DNA from: Bdellovibrionota bacterium
Lineage (GTDB): Bacteria > Bdellovibrionota_C > UBA2361 > JBIKWN01
Direction of reading: 5' to 3'
Length of the DNA: 64,000 nucleotides
NCBI GenBank assembly: GCA_044356295.1
Contig: JBIKWN010000001.1
Coordinates: 1 to 64,000, forward strand
Below the pieces are notes generated by a model. That model had not been told where the DNA came from. It ran no database searches and saw only the letters and a program-made list of their open reading frames with translations. This document shows, in pieces, positions 53,459 through 63,976 of the stretch. The position numbers and the translations under genes were made by a program. Within the stretch, counting starts at the first letter, position 1; every line of letters begins with the position of its first letter.

Positions 53459-55165
53459 ATGGAAGATAGAAAAAACTTATTTGTAATCGTTTTCATCCTG
53501 TTCTTTGTAATGATGTATGTCCAGGTAATGTTTCCTACACCTGCACCGTTGGCTCCTGCTGTATCTAATACGACAACAGCACAAGTTCAAAATTCAGGTC
53601 AAGCTATTGCACCAAGCACCACAACGCAAACAATAACTCAAGTTTCCAACACATTTCACAACGACACTGTTCCAAGCTTAAAACAACTTGATGAAAGTCC
53701 TCAAACGTTTATCAATACTGGTATTGCTTTGATTGGTATTAACCACCTCGGGGGGAGAGTCCAGTCAATAAGTTTAAAAAAATATACTGAAAAAGTAGGG
53801 AGTACTGAACCGCTTCAACTAATTTCTAAAGCGGAAGGATCTGCTCTGCCACTGGGAATTATTGCTGATGGTGCAACTGATGATTTTACCCTGTACCAAC
53901 TCGATCAAACGAAACTGCCACAGATGGAAGGGCAGTATTATGTCATCAAAGAAGGAGAGCCCGCAGAATTTACTTTCACTGGTGAATTACCAAGCGGATT
54001 AAAGGTTCAGAAAAAACTTACATTCACGGCTGGATCGTACGTAATAAAGACTGATATTAGCTTTGATAGATTAACTGGCGGCAGTGTTCCGATGCTCCTT
54101 CAATGGACACGACCAACAACTGCTGAGCAAGTAACAACTGAAGGACTGACTAGACTTTTCAGCCATCTATCGACTGAAGATAAACTTTTATCAACACCAT
54201 TTGCTTCACAAAAAGATGCCAAGACATCGAACGAATCATCAAAATGGATTTCAATCTGTGATTTTTATTTTATCGAGGCTTTAATAAATCCAAACAACCC
54301 TGCTCCGGTTTCACAAGGAAAAGTAGGGGATACTTTTTTCATGCAATCGAGTGGGAACTCACAAGGTGGATCGTTCCAAATCTATGTTGGTCCTAAGGAT
54401 GTTGATATTTTACGTGGTGTCGGGTTCTCGCTTGAAAGAAGTATCGACCTAGGAATGTTTTCGTTTCTAGCTCACCCAATATTAGCACTGATGAAATTCT
54501 TTTATTCATTTATTGGAAACTATGGGCTCAGTATTATTCTTTTAACACTTTTAATTAAACTTGGATTTCTGCCCCTAACTCAATCAAGTTTTAAATCAAT
54601 GAAGGCAATGCAAGATCTACAACCTGAAATTGCAGCCCTTCGTGAAAGAGTTACCGATCCAAATATTTTGAACCAAGAATTAATGACCCTTTACAAAAAA
54701 AGAGGGGTTAATCCTCTTGGTGGTTGCTTTCCAATGCTTATTCAAATTCCAGTTTTTTTAGGTCTTTATAACGCATTACTGAATTCAATTGATTTAAGAC
54801 ATGAGCCGTTTGCGTTATGGATTAATGACCTGGCAACACCAGAGAGCCTACAACTTTTTGGTATCGGTATTCCGCTGATGATTATTCTTATGGGTGCTAG
54901 CATGTTCGTTCAACAACTCACACAACCATCCACAATGGATCCTCAACAGAAAAAAATTATGCTGTTTATGCCCGTTATTTTTACAGGGATGTTTATTCTG
55001 CATCCAATGCCTTCAGGACTTGTTCTGTATTGGCTTACAAATAACTTAATTAGCATTGTTCAGCAGTATTCAATTCGTGAGGATCGAAGAATTACTCCTA
55101 TTCAAGCTACTGCATATGCAAGCCTTGTAATTTTTTCATTTGGATTCATCCTGACGAAGCTTTAA
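53459..55165 (+). CDS. yidC: Membrane insertase YidC
   Basis: GNYGLSII, NPLGGCFP, LWINDL, GLVLYW. Confidence 0.96.
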   Translation: MEDRKNLFVIVFILFFVMMYVQVMFPTPAPLAPAVSNTTTAQVQNSGQAIAPSTTTQTITQVSNTFHNDTVPSLKQLDESPQTFINTGIALIGINHLGGRVQSISLKKYTEKVGSTEPLQLISKAEGSALPLGIIADGATDDFTLYQLDQTKLPQMEGQYYVIKEGEPAEFTFTGELPSGLKVQKKLTFTAGSYVIKTDISFDRLTGGSVPMLLQWTRPTTAEQVTTEGLTRLFSHLSTEDKLLSTPFASQKDAKTSNESSKWISICDFYFIEALINPNNPAPVSQGKVGDTFFMQSSGNSQGGSFQIYVGPKDVDILRGVGFSLERSIDLGMFSFLAHPILALMKFFYSFIGNYGLSIILLTLLIKLGFLPLTQSSFKSMKAMQDLQPEIAALRERVTDPNILNQELMTLYKKRGVNPLGGCFPMLIQIPVFLGLYNALLNSIDLRHEPFALWINDLATPESLQLFGIGIPLMIILMGASMFVQQLTQPSTMDPQQKKIMLFMPVIFTGMFILHPMPSGLVLYWLTNNLISIVQQYSIREDRRITPIQATAYASLVIFSFGFILTKL

Positions 55166-55174
55166 AATTTACAT

Positions 55175-56554
55175 ATGTCACATACAACTACTACGATTGC
55201 AGCCCTTGCAACGGCTCCTCAGCCTGCAGGAATTGCAGTTGTGCGCGTCAGTGGTTCGCGTGCTCATTCAGCAGTACACGCTGTCTTTAAAGGTAAAAAA
55301 GACCCTACAAATAGGCCTCGAGAGATGGTCTATGGTGTGATGCTCGATTTTGAAACACATGAAGAGATTGATAAAGCACTTTGCGTCTTTATGCCTGGTC
55401 CACATTCCTTTACCGGTGAAGATATTGCTGAGTTTCAATTTCATGGAAGTCCCCTCATTGTTGAAAAAGTCCTCAGATCCCTTTTTTCATGTGGAATGAC
55501 TCCGGCAGAGCCCGGTGAGTTTACTAAACGGGCTTTTTTGCATGGAAAACTTGATCTACTGCAAGCTGAAGCCATTGCAGATGTTATTAATGCAACAAGC
55601 GACCGGGCACTGACCGTTGCAAGTGAGCAACTGAGTGGTCACTTAAGTCAAACAATAGAAACTCTCGGTGAACCGTTAAAAAATATTCTTGCTGAACTTG
55701 AAGCGCATATAGATTTTCCTGAGGAAGATATTGAACCAAGTTCTCTTCTGAGAATGAGGAGTGACATTGCTGCAACGAAAGAGGAGATCTCTGGATTACT
55801 TTCTACTTTTAGATACGGACAAACGGTTAAAGATGGTTTTCGAGTGCTGCTTTGCGGCAGACCAAACGTAGGGAAATCTAGTCTTTTAAATCTTTTACTT
55901 GAAAAAGAACGAGCAATTGTTACCCCAATTCACGGAACGACCCGAGACATTATTGAAGAAAGTTGCAATCTAGGAGGTTACACATTCATTTTTTGTGACT
56001 CTGCCGGTATCAGAGAAACTGATGATGAGGTCGAAAAAATTGGTGTTTCTCTAACGAAAGGCAAGATTGATTGGGCTGACCTTATTTTATTTATTACCGA
56101 TGCAACCGACCAGTCTGGCGAATGGAAAGAGGTCATAGAAGAATTTAGGGGTCGAGGAAAACCAGTGTGGATGGTCACCAATAAGATAGATCTCAATCCA
56201 AAAGCAGTAGGAGAATTTTTCTGTGAATCAGGTATCTGCCAGCAAAATATTTACCTGTCTGCAAAAACTAAAAATGGGTTCTCTAATCTTATTAAAGAGC
56301 TTATTGAAGCTGTTAAAAATACTGCCCATACAAGTGCTGAAAGCTCTTTAGTTATTACAAATGAACGTCAGCGAAACTGCCTTTATCAGGCTGAACAGTC
56401 TCTTGCGAGAATTGAAAAAGATAAAAATCTTCCTTTAGAGATAATGAGCGAAGATGTACGCACCGCTCTTGGAGCGCTCTCTGAATTAGTTGGAAAAACT
56501 ACTACCGAAGATATCCTAGGTAGGATATTTTCGAAGTTTTGTATTGGCAAATAG
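55175..56554 (+). CDS. mnmE: tRNA modification GTPase
   Basis: SFTGED, GEFTKRAF, GRPNVGKS, GTTRD, FCIGK. Confidence 0.97.
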   Translation: MSHTTTTIAALATAPQPAGIAVVRVSGSRAHSAVHAVFKGKKDPTNRPREMVYGVMLDFETHEEIDKALCVFMPGPHSFTGEDIAEFQFHGSPLIVEKVLRSLFSCGMTPAEPGEFTKRAFLHGKLDLLQAEAIADVINATSDRALTVASEQLSGHLSQTIETLGEPLKNILAELEAHIDFPEEDIEPSSLLRMRSDIAATKEEISGLLSTFRYGQTVKDGFRVLLCGRPNVGKSSLLNLLLEKERAIVTPIHGTTRDIIEESCNLGGYTFIFCDSAGIRETDDEVEKIGVSLTKGKIDWADLILFITDATDQSGEWKEVIEEFRGRGKPVWMVTNKIDLNPKAVGEFFCESGICQQNIYLSAKTKNGFSNLIKELIEAVKNTAHTSAESSLVITNERQRNCLYQAEQSLARIEKDKNLPLEIMSEDVRTALGALSELVGKTTTEDILGRIFSKFCIGK

Positions 56555-57458
56555 TATTCGTACACCACAGTTTGCAGGGAGGGTCTATCACTCTGACCCA
56601 GCCGTCTTGAAATCAGACGTGATGGAGATACTTGCTCTAGAGCCACTGCAATCGATTCCAAATCCTAAAAATCTAAAACTACTTAAAGTACCTCATATTG
56701 ATTATTTTCGTGGTCACAGAAGTTACGGTAAAGGATATCAATTACTTCAAAATTCAGAGTTAGAAGTAATTTTTTTAATGGGCACCTCTCATCAGCTAGG
56801 CGATTCATTATTTATTGGCACAAAAAACTTATACTCGACACCTCTTGGTATTCAACAAAACGCTGATGATATTATAGAGAAATTGATAGATCTTTATGGT
56901 ACGCGCTTTCTAGAAGAAGCCTCTCTCCATACTCACGAACATTCACTTGAACTTCAAATGCCTTTCATTACAACGATTCTTCCAAATGCCAAAATAGTTC
57001 CGATTCTTGTAGGAAGTCTTTATCCTTTTTACAACATAGAACGATCTCATTTCGAACCATATGAAAAATTTATTAAATCGATGGTTGAAATCATTTCCGA
57101 TCTTGAAAAAAAGAATATTCGTTACGGATTTATTGCAGGTGTTGATATGGCACACGTTGGTCAAGCTTTTGGAGATACAGCAAAGACAACCAAAGAAAGA
57201 CTTGAGCAAGTGCAAAAACTCGATGAACAATATCTAAACTACATTATTGAAAATGATCCTGACAAACTCTTCTTGCACTGCGTAAAGGATAATGATGCTC
57301 AAAGAATCTGTGGACACTCCACAATGATGACAATTTCAGATATTTTAAAAAGACAAAAACAAGTAACAAGTTATTGCTTTGCATCTTATGAACAGTGCTT
57401 TAGTGAACAAAATGATTGCTTGGTAAGCATAGCAAGCCTTGGTATTTATTCGAAATGA
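56544..57458 (+). CDS. Memo-family (AmmeMemoRadiSam B-like) protein
   Basis: AGRVY, PHIDY, GTSH, EHSLELQ, DMAHVG, ICG. Confidence 0.85.
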   Translation: MANSIRTPQFAGRVYHSDPAVLKSDVMEILALEPLQSIPNPKNLKLLKVPHIDYFRGHRSYGKGYQLLQNSELEVIFLMGTSHQLGDSLFIGTKNLYSTPLGIQQNADDIIEKLIDLYGTRFLEEASLHTHEHSLELQMPFITTILPNAKIVPILVGSLYPFYNIERSHFEPYEKFIKSMVEIISDLEKKNIRYGFIAGVDMAHVGQAFGDTAKTTKERLEQVQKLDEQYLNYIIENDPDKLFLHCVKDNDAQRICGHSTMMTISDILKRQKQVTSYCFASYEQCFSEQNDCLVSIASLGIYSK

Positions 57459-58525
57459 GCATCTATATTCGGAAATACTTACAAAGTAATTCTACTCAGA
57501 AAAATCAAAAATCATCTATACGATATTCAGTTAAAGATATCTTCTTTGTAAAAGACTCCCCTTGCAGCTTTGGTATCAAACCAGAATATATTGCATGCGC
57601 AAAATCTTCGAGCATACTTATTGGAACTCTCAATAAACATTTTACTCTAATAGGTTCAGTAAATCTGTCACCGCTGTGCCTAGACAGTACTGCTAAAAAC
57701 CCATTTTTTGGAGATGGGCACGTTGCAGAAGTTGTAGATGAGGGAAAAGTTTTATACGGATCATCATTTGGTTCTGCTTTATCTGTTGCTACTAAAAATC
57801 TTGAAGATAAAGTTGATTTTAGTATCGGTTCCGATTCTGGTGGAAGTATTCGTGCTCCTGCTGCAGGACTTGGACTGTACGCCATACGCTTAAAAAGTAA
57901 TGTCGTATCTAAAGAGAATTCACTTCTACTAAAAACAAATCTTGATTCAGTTGGCGTTATTTCTGATAAGAAAAGTACACTCAGAGAGGTTGTAAGAATA
58001 TTAACTCCACAGATCCCATATACACGCTCTCGGTCTATCTATATCCCTCATAATGATGAATTAACTCAACTTTCGAATGAGCACTATGATTATTTTTTCA
58101 AGCTCATTGAATTCATTTCCAAAACATATGAAATTAAAGTTTGTTCCCAAGAATTTTTTAAGAACTTTTTTAACGAAAGAAAAAAAATACTACAGAACGA
58201 ATTAAGAAATTTACTTTTTCAGGACGAACTGCAAGAAGCAATTGAAGCGATACCTCAAGCTAAAGCACTACAAGTATCACTTGCCCAAACACAGTCCCTT
58301 GAATATGTGCAACAAGATTTTATATTCGATCAAAATGCTATGCTTCTCCACCCCACAATTTCTTCTAAAGACCCAATAAACTTCTATCTTCCTGCAGCTA
58401 ATGTTTTAGATTTATTCTCAGCATCTTTTTTCCTCGAAAAAGACACGTTATTTTCTTTATGTATTAGTGGACATAACGACACTGAGCTGCTTGATTTCAT
58501 TGACGAAATTCAGAAGAGCCAGTAA
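57455..58525 (+). CDS. Amidase-signature family protein (divergent)
   Basis: VKD, GSSFGSA, GSDSGGSIRAPA; ATG 57455 overlaps the upstream stop. Confidence 0.75.
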   Translation: MSIYIRKYLQSNSTQKNQKSSIRYSVKDIFFVKDSPCSFGIKPEYIACAKSSSILIGTLNKHFTLIGSVNLSPLCLDSTAKNPFFGDGHVAEVVDEGKVLYGSSFGSALSVATKNLEDKVDFSIGSDSGGSIRAPAAGLGLYAIRLKSNVVSKENSLLLKTNLDSVGVISDKKSTLREVVRILTPQIPYTRSRSIYIPHNDELTQLSNEHYDYFFKLIEFISKTYEIKVCSQEFFKNFFNERKKILQNELRNLLFQDELQEAIEAIPQAKALQVSLAQTQSLEYVQQDFIFDQNAMLLHPTISSKDPINFYLPAANVLDLFSASFFLEKDTLFSLCISGHNDTELLDFIDEIQKSQ

Positions 58526-58691
58526 TAAATAAAAATTCACTAGATACTTTCTAAGAAGATTTCGTAGAACGCCGTACAAGAATTTTTGTATTTTGAATCT
58601 CAGCACAAATTGCTTACAATTTCATGAATCAATCTTCAAGCCCCCGCTGATATGTGTGTATTAACATCTCGTAATTAATAAAAGGGATTAC

Positions 58692-59009
58692 ATGGAAAAT
58701 AAAGAAAACTTCTTCGAAAAATTTGGTCTTGAAGTAACCTCTGGTGACGTTGAGATTGGTCAAACATATCCAATCTACGGGATGATAACAAAAGTTTTGA
58801 GCGAAGCTCCTGGTGCAGTAATTGTTGAGATAAACTTCTCAATTAAAGCAACAATGACAGTGCCTGATGCTGTTAAAATTGAGCTACTTAAAGAAAGAGC
58901 TTTTGAACCTGGAATTTTCGTCTCAACAGTAACATCAAAAGATGATGCTGGATTAAACGTAGATTGCTCAACAGTCGTATTCGGAAAAAGACAGGACTAC
59001 GCAGCATAA
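58692..59009 (+). CDS. Small hypothetical protein, possible OB/S1-like fold
   Basis: AAGGGA upstream, own terminator. Confidence 0.7.
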   Translation: MENKENFFEKFGLEVTSGDVEIGQTYPIYGMITKVLSEAPGAVIVEINFSIKATMTVPDAVKIELLKERAFEPGIFVSTVTSKDDAGLNVDCSTVVFGKRQDYAA

Positions 59010-59049
59010 TAATACAGATTTTCTCTCTTGTACTCTCTATTCTCTCTCG

Positions 59050-59075
59050 AGGACACCTAAAAAGTGTCCTTTTTC
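59050..59075 (+). terminator. Intrinsic terminator
   Basis: AGGACAC-ctaaaaa-GTGTCCT followed by a T-run. Confidence 0.75.
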
Positions 59076-59130
59076 ATTTTTTGTTCAGCATTGCACATAT
59101 CCTTATCATCTTCTAAACTTTCGACTTCTT

Positions 59131-59751
59131 ATGAATGATTCAGGGCTAAAAAAACTTTGGCAAGAAGCGGTATCTTTTGTTGTAACAGTAGGGCTCCTTC
59201 TTGGTTTAGCATTTTTAATAATTCGCCCGACTTTTATCGAGCCATTTCAAATTCCATCTTCTTCGATGGTTCCGACACTACAAATTACAGACAGGATTTT
59301 GGTCAATAAACTTGCCTACGGATTTCGTATCGCTTTTATGACCAATACACTCTTTGATTGGAAAATGCCCTCACGTGGAGACGTTGTTGTTTTTACCCGT
59401 CCAGATGAAGAATCTACCTCTCAAAATGAAGATGAAACAAATTTCATTAAACGAGTTATTGGACTTCCTGGTGATAAGGTTGAAGTCCGCGGCACTGAGC
59501 TCTATGTAAACGATGCTCTACAATCTGAAAACTACGCAAGATACAGTCGAGGTGGCATTGAAGTTGGAGACTTTGGCCCTGATATTGTCCCAGAAGGTCA
59601 TATATTCCTGCTTGGAGACAATCGAGATGATTCAAAAGACTCCCGATTTTGGGAACAGCACTATCTTGATGTCAGACGCGTTAAAGGAAGGGCTTTTATC
59701 GTCTATTGGTCGTGGGCTGGATTTGATCGACTAGGAACAATTATACGATAA
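59131..59751 (+). CDS. lepB: Signal peptidase I
   Basis: SSSMVPTL, IKRVIG, GDNRDDSKDSR. Confidence 0.95.
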   Translation: MNDSGLKKLWQEAVSFVVTVGLLLGLAFLIIRPTFIEPFQIPSSSMVPTLQITDRILVNKLAYGFRIAFMTNTLFDWKMPSRGDVVVFTRPDEESTSQNEDETNFIKRVIGLPGDKVEVRGTELYVNDALQSENYARYSRGGIEVGDFGPDIVPEGHIFLLGDNRDDSKDSRFWEQHYLDVRRVKGRAFIVYWSWAGFDRLGTIIR

Positions 59752-59804
59752 TCTTCTTAAGTGAAGTCCAATAATTGGGTCTTCATTCATGAAAGCCTCC
59801 TATC

Positions 59805-60674
59805 GTGAAATACTACTATATCTCTACAGCAATTATTCTTGAAGTAAGTGGGAAAGATTCTCCAAGATACTTACAATCTCGCCTAACGAATAATATCAAA
59901 AGTTTATCAGTTAACAGCAGCTGCCCCGCAGCTCAAATTACTCCCCAAGGAAAAACTCAAGGTATTTTTACAGTTTATAAAGTAGAAGAAACAAGATTTA
60001 TTCTTGTTTGTAACAGAGGAAACCCTGATGAAGTAATATCAGCATTTAAAAAATATATAGTTGCAGACCGAGTCACTGTTGAAAATATAACAGAGAAGGG
60101 TGCAAAGGTTTTTTGTGTATCAAAGACTTTGTCAGTTCCACTAACAGATTCTTTATTATCAACGACAAATAATAGTAATGATTTCAGAGTTATCATTACT
60201 TTAAATTCTGAGTCAGAGAATCAATTATTAGATATTTTTGACAAAAATAACGTCAGATTAATGTCAGAAGATGAATACGATTATTTAGAATTTACTGCAG
60301 GCATCCCACGATTTGGCAAAGAGCTAACAGATCAAGTCCTTTTTAGCGAAAGCGGCTACGACGATGCAATTGCAGCTAATAAAGGATGTTATGTTGGTCA
60401 AGAAGTAGTTGAAAAGATTGAAAGCTTTGGAAAAACTCCAAAAATATTCAAAAGACTTATTACCGACAATTCTTCAGAGTTGCAAGAAGCTATCCCCGAA
60501 CAAACAAGCATATTATTAGACGGCACTGAAATAGGGCGTGTTGTCTCTGCTCACTATGATAAAAATTCAAATCATCATTTAGTTTTTGTTCGTATAAAAA
60601 ACGATGAAAGAATAGATATGAGTAACGTTATAATTGCTGGAAATAAGGTGCTTGATAATGTTGATACAAATTGA
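59805..60674 (+). CDS. ygfZ: Folate-binding protein YgfZ
   Basis: KGCYVGQE motif. Confidence 0.88.
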   Translation: MKYYYISTAIILEVSGKDSPRYLQSRLTNNIKSLSVNSSCPAAQITPQGKTQGIFTVYKVEETRFILVCNRGNPDEVISAFKKYIVADRVTVENITEKGAKVFCVSKTLSVPLTDSLLSTTNNSNDFRVIITLNSESENQLLDIFDKNNVRLMSEDEYDYLEFTAGIPRFGKELTDQVLFSESGYDDAIAANKGCYVGQEVVEKIESFGKTPKIFKRLITDNSSELQEAIPEQTSILLDGTEIGRVVSAHYDKNSNHHLVFVRIKNDERIDMSNVIIAGNKVLDNVDTN

Positions 60675-61347
60675 AGAATATCAAAAATCATTTATTAGGT
60701 TTCTCTTACAAGAGAAAGCTCTGCTCTTTGGGGAATTTAAAATCAAAAGTGGCAGACTGTCTCCGTACTTTTTAAACTTCGGAAAACTTCATTCAGGAAG
60801 CGCATTAGTTGAGCTTGGTAATACCTATGCAGCTGCAATGAAGCACCACCTGCCAGAACTTCCTTCAATAGTATTTGGGCCGTCATATAAAGGCATACCG
60901 CTCTCTGTAGCAACGACATCTGCTCTTTATAAAAATTATCAACATAACGCCGACTACTGCTTCGATCGGAAAGAAGCAAAAACGGCCGGAGAGGGCGGAA
61001 TGCTTGTTGGAAAAGTTCCAACTCAAGGGGATACCGTAGCTCTGGTTGAAGACGTTATTACTGCGGGAACAACAATCAAGAAAATCGTTCCAATACTTTT
61101 AAATGAATTAAAAGTAACATTACTAGGAATCTGTATTGCTGTTGATCGATGTGAAGTAGGGGAAGGAACTATTTCTGCAAAACAAGAAATGGAGAATCTA
61201 TTTAAAATTCCCATACACCCACTTGTTTCTATACACCATATCATTTCATATTTGTCAGGATCAGAGGCAGGTGAATATGCTTTAGGCATTGAACAGCAAG
61301 AAGCAATTAAGAATTATCTTTCTCAATACGGTGCAAAGGAATCATGA
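60658..61347 (+). CDS. pyrE: Orotate phosphoribosyltransferase
   Basis: KSGRLSPYF, GPSYKGIP, RKEAK, VEDVITAG. Confidence 0.95.
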   Translation: MLIQIEEYQKSFIRFLLQEKALLFGEFKIKSGRLSPYFLNFGKLHSGSALVELGNTYAAAMKHHLPELPSIVFGPSYKGIPLSVATTSALYKNYQHNADYCFDRKEAKTAGEGGMLVGKVPTQGDTVALVEDVITAGTTIKKIVPILLNELKVTLLGICIAVDRCEVGEGTISAKQEMENLFKIPIHPLVSIHHIISYLSGSEAGEYALGIEQQEAIKNYLSQYGAKES

Positions 61348-61736
61348 AAAATAAGCGATTCAATCTATCCGTGCTTTTTTTAATAGCACTATCTTCGTCT
61401 ACTTTCTTATATGCCGATGAGCAGATAATTGAATCAAACGCTCAGTCTATTTTTACTTCCGTGATGAGCCCCTACTGTCCAGGAAAACTTTTATCAGATT
61501 GTCCAAGTGCTAAAGCAAGTGAATTAAAAAAAACAATTCGCGAGGAATTATCTAAGGGACTTAGTAAAGAAGAAGTTATCACCAAATTAAATGATGATTA
61601 TGGTGAAGAAACCCTTAAAGCAGTTCCAGATAGTTCTGGATTTGGAATGCTTGCTTGGTTGGTGCCGATATTATTTTTGATTAGCGGACTAGGTCTTGGT
61701 ATAAAATTCCTGACTAAACTTACCAAGAAAAAATAG
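61344..61736 (+). CDS. ccmH: Cytochrome c biogenesis CcmH/NrfF-like protein
   Basis: Signal peptide, MSPYCPG..L..C.S..A, YG, C-terminal TM. Confidence 0.8.
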   Translation: MKNKRFNLSVLFLIALSSSTFLYADEQIIESNAQSIFTSVMSPYCPGKLLSDCPSAKASELKKTIREELSKGLSKEEVITKLNDDYGEETLKAVPDSSGFGMLAWLVPILFLISGLGLGIKFLTKLTKKK

Positions 61737-61759
61737 TTAACCTCACCAGCGAGCTATCT

Positions 61760-62077
61760 ATGAAGCCAACAGATATAACTTTTAAAGCAACGAGTATGGC
61801 AAAGCCGCTCATTGAATCGATTGCACACCTCCCAGAGTTCGATCAATTCATGAAAAGTTATTTTTTATTCTGGAAAAATCCTCGTATGCATTATGCACCT
61901 GGTGGAAAATCAGAAGGCATTCATGAGGAATTAGGCTTTGCGGCAATTATGAAAACACTTCAAGACAGAAGTCAGATAGTTGAATTCTATCATATATCGG
62001 AAGTAGAAAAAGTTGGTACCTCAGTTGAGCCACGCGTAGAAGCAACTTTATCCGTATCTTTAGGAAAACTTCAGTAA
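61760..62077 (+). CDS. Hypothetical protein
   Basis: ORF only. Confidence 0.55.
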   Translation: MKPTDITFKATSMAKPLIESIAHLPEFDQFMKSYFLFWKNPRMHYAPGGKSEGIHEELGFAAIMKTLQDRSQIVEFYHISEVEKVGTSVEPRVEATLSVSLGKLQ

Positions 62078-62092
62078 GAAACCGTACTTCTA

Positions 62093-62962
62093 TCAATATA
62101 TTCCTAGCCCTACATCTAGAGCTAAGAGAATAAACAAAAGCGGTAAGTATAAAATTGAATATCTAAAAACTGTCTTAGCGGCGGCGTTTTGATGGGTTCT
62201 GCTACTTTGCTCACAGTAATAGATCATTATAAAGCCAAGAATGGTCGAGCCAATCGCATAAACAACCCCTGCAGCCCCTATACAATAAAGAGCCAATGTG
62301 GAAAGAAGCATTAAGTATGAAAACCATCTAATTTGTCGAAAGGTACTGATGCCATCTGGCTCAATACAAGGGAGCATTTTAAAACCTCCACGGGCGTAAT
62401 CTTCTCGAAGCATCCATGCAATCGCATAGAAATGTGGATGCTGCCAAGTAAACATTATGGCAAACAAAATCCATGCTTCAATAGATATATGATTTGTAGC
62501 AGCAACCCATCCTCCCATAATAGGTAGTGCTCCCGGGATAGCTCCAATAGCGGTATTTAACCATGTTTGTCTTTTTAAAGGAGTATAAACAAGTGCGTAA
62601 AGAAATGTGGTCATTAATGCAAGAAATCCTGAAAGCAGATTTACTTGCCAAGCAAGGAGTGTGCACCCAAAGATTGTGCACAAAATTCCATAAGCAAAAG
62701 CTTCTTGTGCCGAGACTCTTCCACTTGGAATCGGACGGTTTTTTGTACGATTCATTTTTGTATCAACATCACGCTCTAAGAAGTGATTGAGAGCGCCAGC
62801 TCCAGCAGCACAAACTGTTGTGCCAACTAACGTAATAAAAAGAATATAAAAATTTGTTGCAGCACGCTCAGCAAGAACAAAACCAAGAGCAGTTGATACA
62901 AGAACAAGAATTAAAATTCCTGGCTTTGATAATTCAATATAGTCTTTAATCTTTTGACGCAT
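62093..62962 (-). CDS. cyoE: Protoheme IX farnesyltransferase
   Basis: D..MNRT.NRP, YTPLKR, WQHPHF, DY. Confidence 0.95.
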   Translation of the reverse strand: MRQKIKDYIELSKPGILILVLVSTALGFVLAERAATNFYILFITLVGTTVCAAGAGALNHFLERDVDTKMNRTKNRPIPSGRVSAQEAFAYGILCTIFGCTLLAWQVNLLSGFLALMTTFLYALVYTPLKRQTWLNTAIGAIPGALPIMGGWVAATNHISIEAWILFAIMFTWQHPHFYAIAWMLREDYARGGFKMLPCIEPDGISTFRQIRWFSYLMLLSTLALYCIGAAGVVYAIGSTILGFIMIYYCEQSSRTHQNAAAKTVFRYSILYLPLLFILLALDVGLGIY

Positions 62963-62980
62963 GTAGTTCCGAAAGTATAC

Positions 62981-63976
62981 CTATTCTTCTCCAGCTGGAC
63001 GAGACATAAGAAGTCCTACCATCTCTTCAGGTTGGATGGCGCCGTGTAATACGCGATGAAGCGCCTCTGTTATAGGCATTGAAATTCCATGTTTCTTAGC
63101 AATTCTATCAACAACTGGAGTTGAAAATACACCTTCAGCCGTAGAACCTACTTCATCTGCTGCTTTTTCTGCTGTAAGACCTTCTCCAATCTTATAACCA
63201 AAAGAATAATTTCTGCTGGTTATTGAAGAAGTGGTAAGAATCAGGTCTCCAAGCCCAGAGAGACCAGATAACGTTTGAGGTTTACCTCCGAAGTACAGTG
63301 AAAACCGTGTCATCTCTGCAAGACCTCTAGTAATGAGGGCAGCTTTCGTAGAATCACCAAGTTTTAAACCTGCACAAATTCCACTCGCGACAGCTATAAT
63401 ATTTTTTAAAGCACCACCAAGCTCAACTCCAATAACATCGTCTGAAGGATAAACTCTCATTGAGGAGGACTGAAAAAGTTCAGAGATCAGTTGGGCATCC
63501 TGTTTTTGAGCAGAAGCAATACTTACCGCAACAGGAGTCTTAGTCATAACATCAATTGCAAAACTTGGTCCAGAAAGACTACAGAGCTTTGCCTTTGAAC
63601 CTTGCTCTTTATAATAAGCACAAGGAGTAAGGTTCGTCAGTGGCTCAAACCCTTTCATAACACTGACAAGGTACTGTTTGTCATCAAGCCTTGAGGCAAA
63701 GTCATACTCACTAATTACGCGAGTTGGAAGAGCTACTAAAATTATTTCACTTTTTGAAATTATGCTCAGTTCAGTTGTTGCACTAAATAAAAGAGCAAAC
63801 TGTGAAAAACAGTATGGATGCTTTTTAGTTTGTGTAATAGATCGAACTATCTCTTCTTCGCGAGACCATCCAGTAACAGTATGACCAAGTCGAGCAAGAT
63901 AGTGTGCTAGCGCAGTACCCCAGTGTCCGAGACCAACTACCCCAATACTGCGCTTTTGCATGCCATTTTTTGCCAC
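62981..63976 (-). CDS. gpsA: NAD(P)H glycerol-3-phosphate dehydrogenase
   Basis: G.GHWGTA, SGPSFA, GGALKN, GLGDL, SRN. Confidence 0.95.
   Translation of the reverse strand: MAKNGMQKRSIGVVGLGHWGTALAHYLARLGHTVTGWSREEEIVRSITQTKKHPYCFSQFALLFSATTELSIISKSEIILVALPTRVISEYDFASRLDDKQYLVSVMKGFEPLTNLTPCAYYKEQGSKAKLCSLSGPSFAIDVMTKTPVAVSIASAQKQDAQLISELFQSSSMRVYPSDDVIGVELGGALKNIIAVASGICAGLKLGDSTKAALITRGLAEMTRFSLYFGGKPQTLSGLSGLGDLILTTSSITSRNYSFGYKIGEGLTAEKAADEVGSTAEGVFSTPVVDRIAKKHGISMPITEALHRVLHGAIQPEEMVGLLMSRPAGEE

Noticed and set aside
57455..58525. gatA, or a dead amidase
   Set aside because: Too divergent and without gatB/C to call gatA; catalytic motifs appear retained, so not dead.
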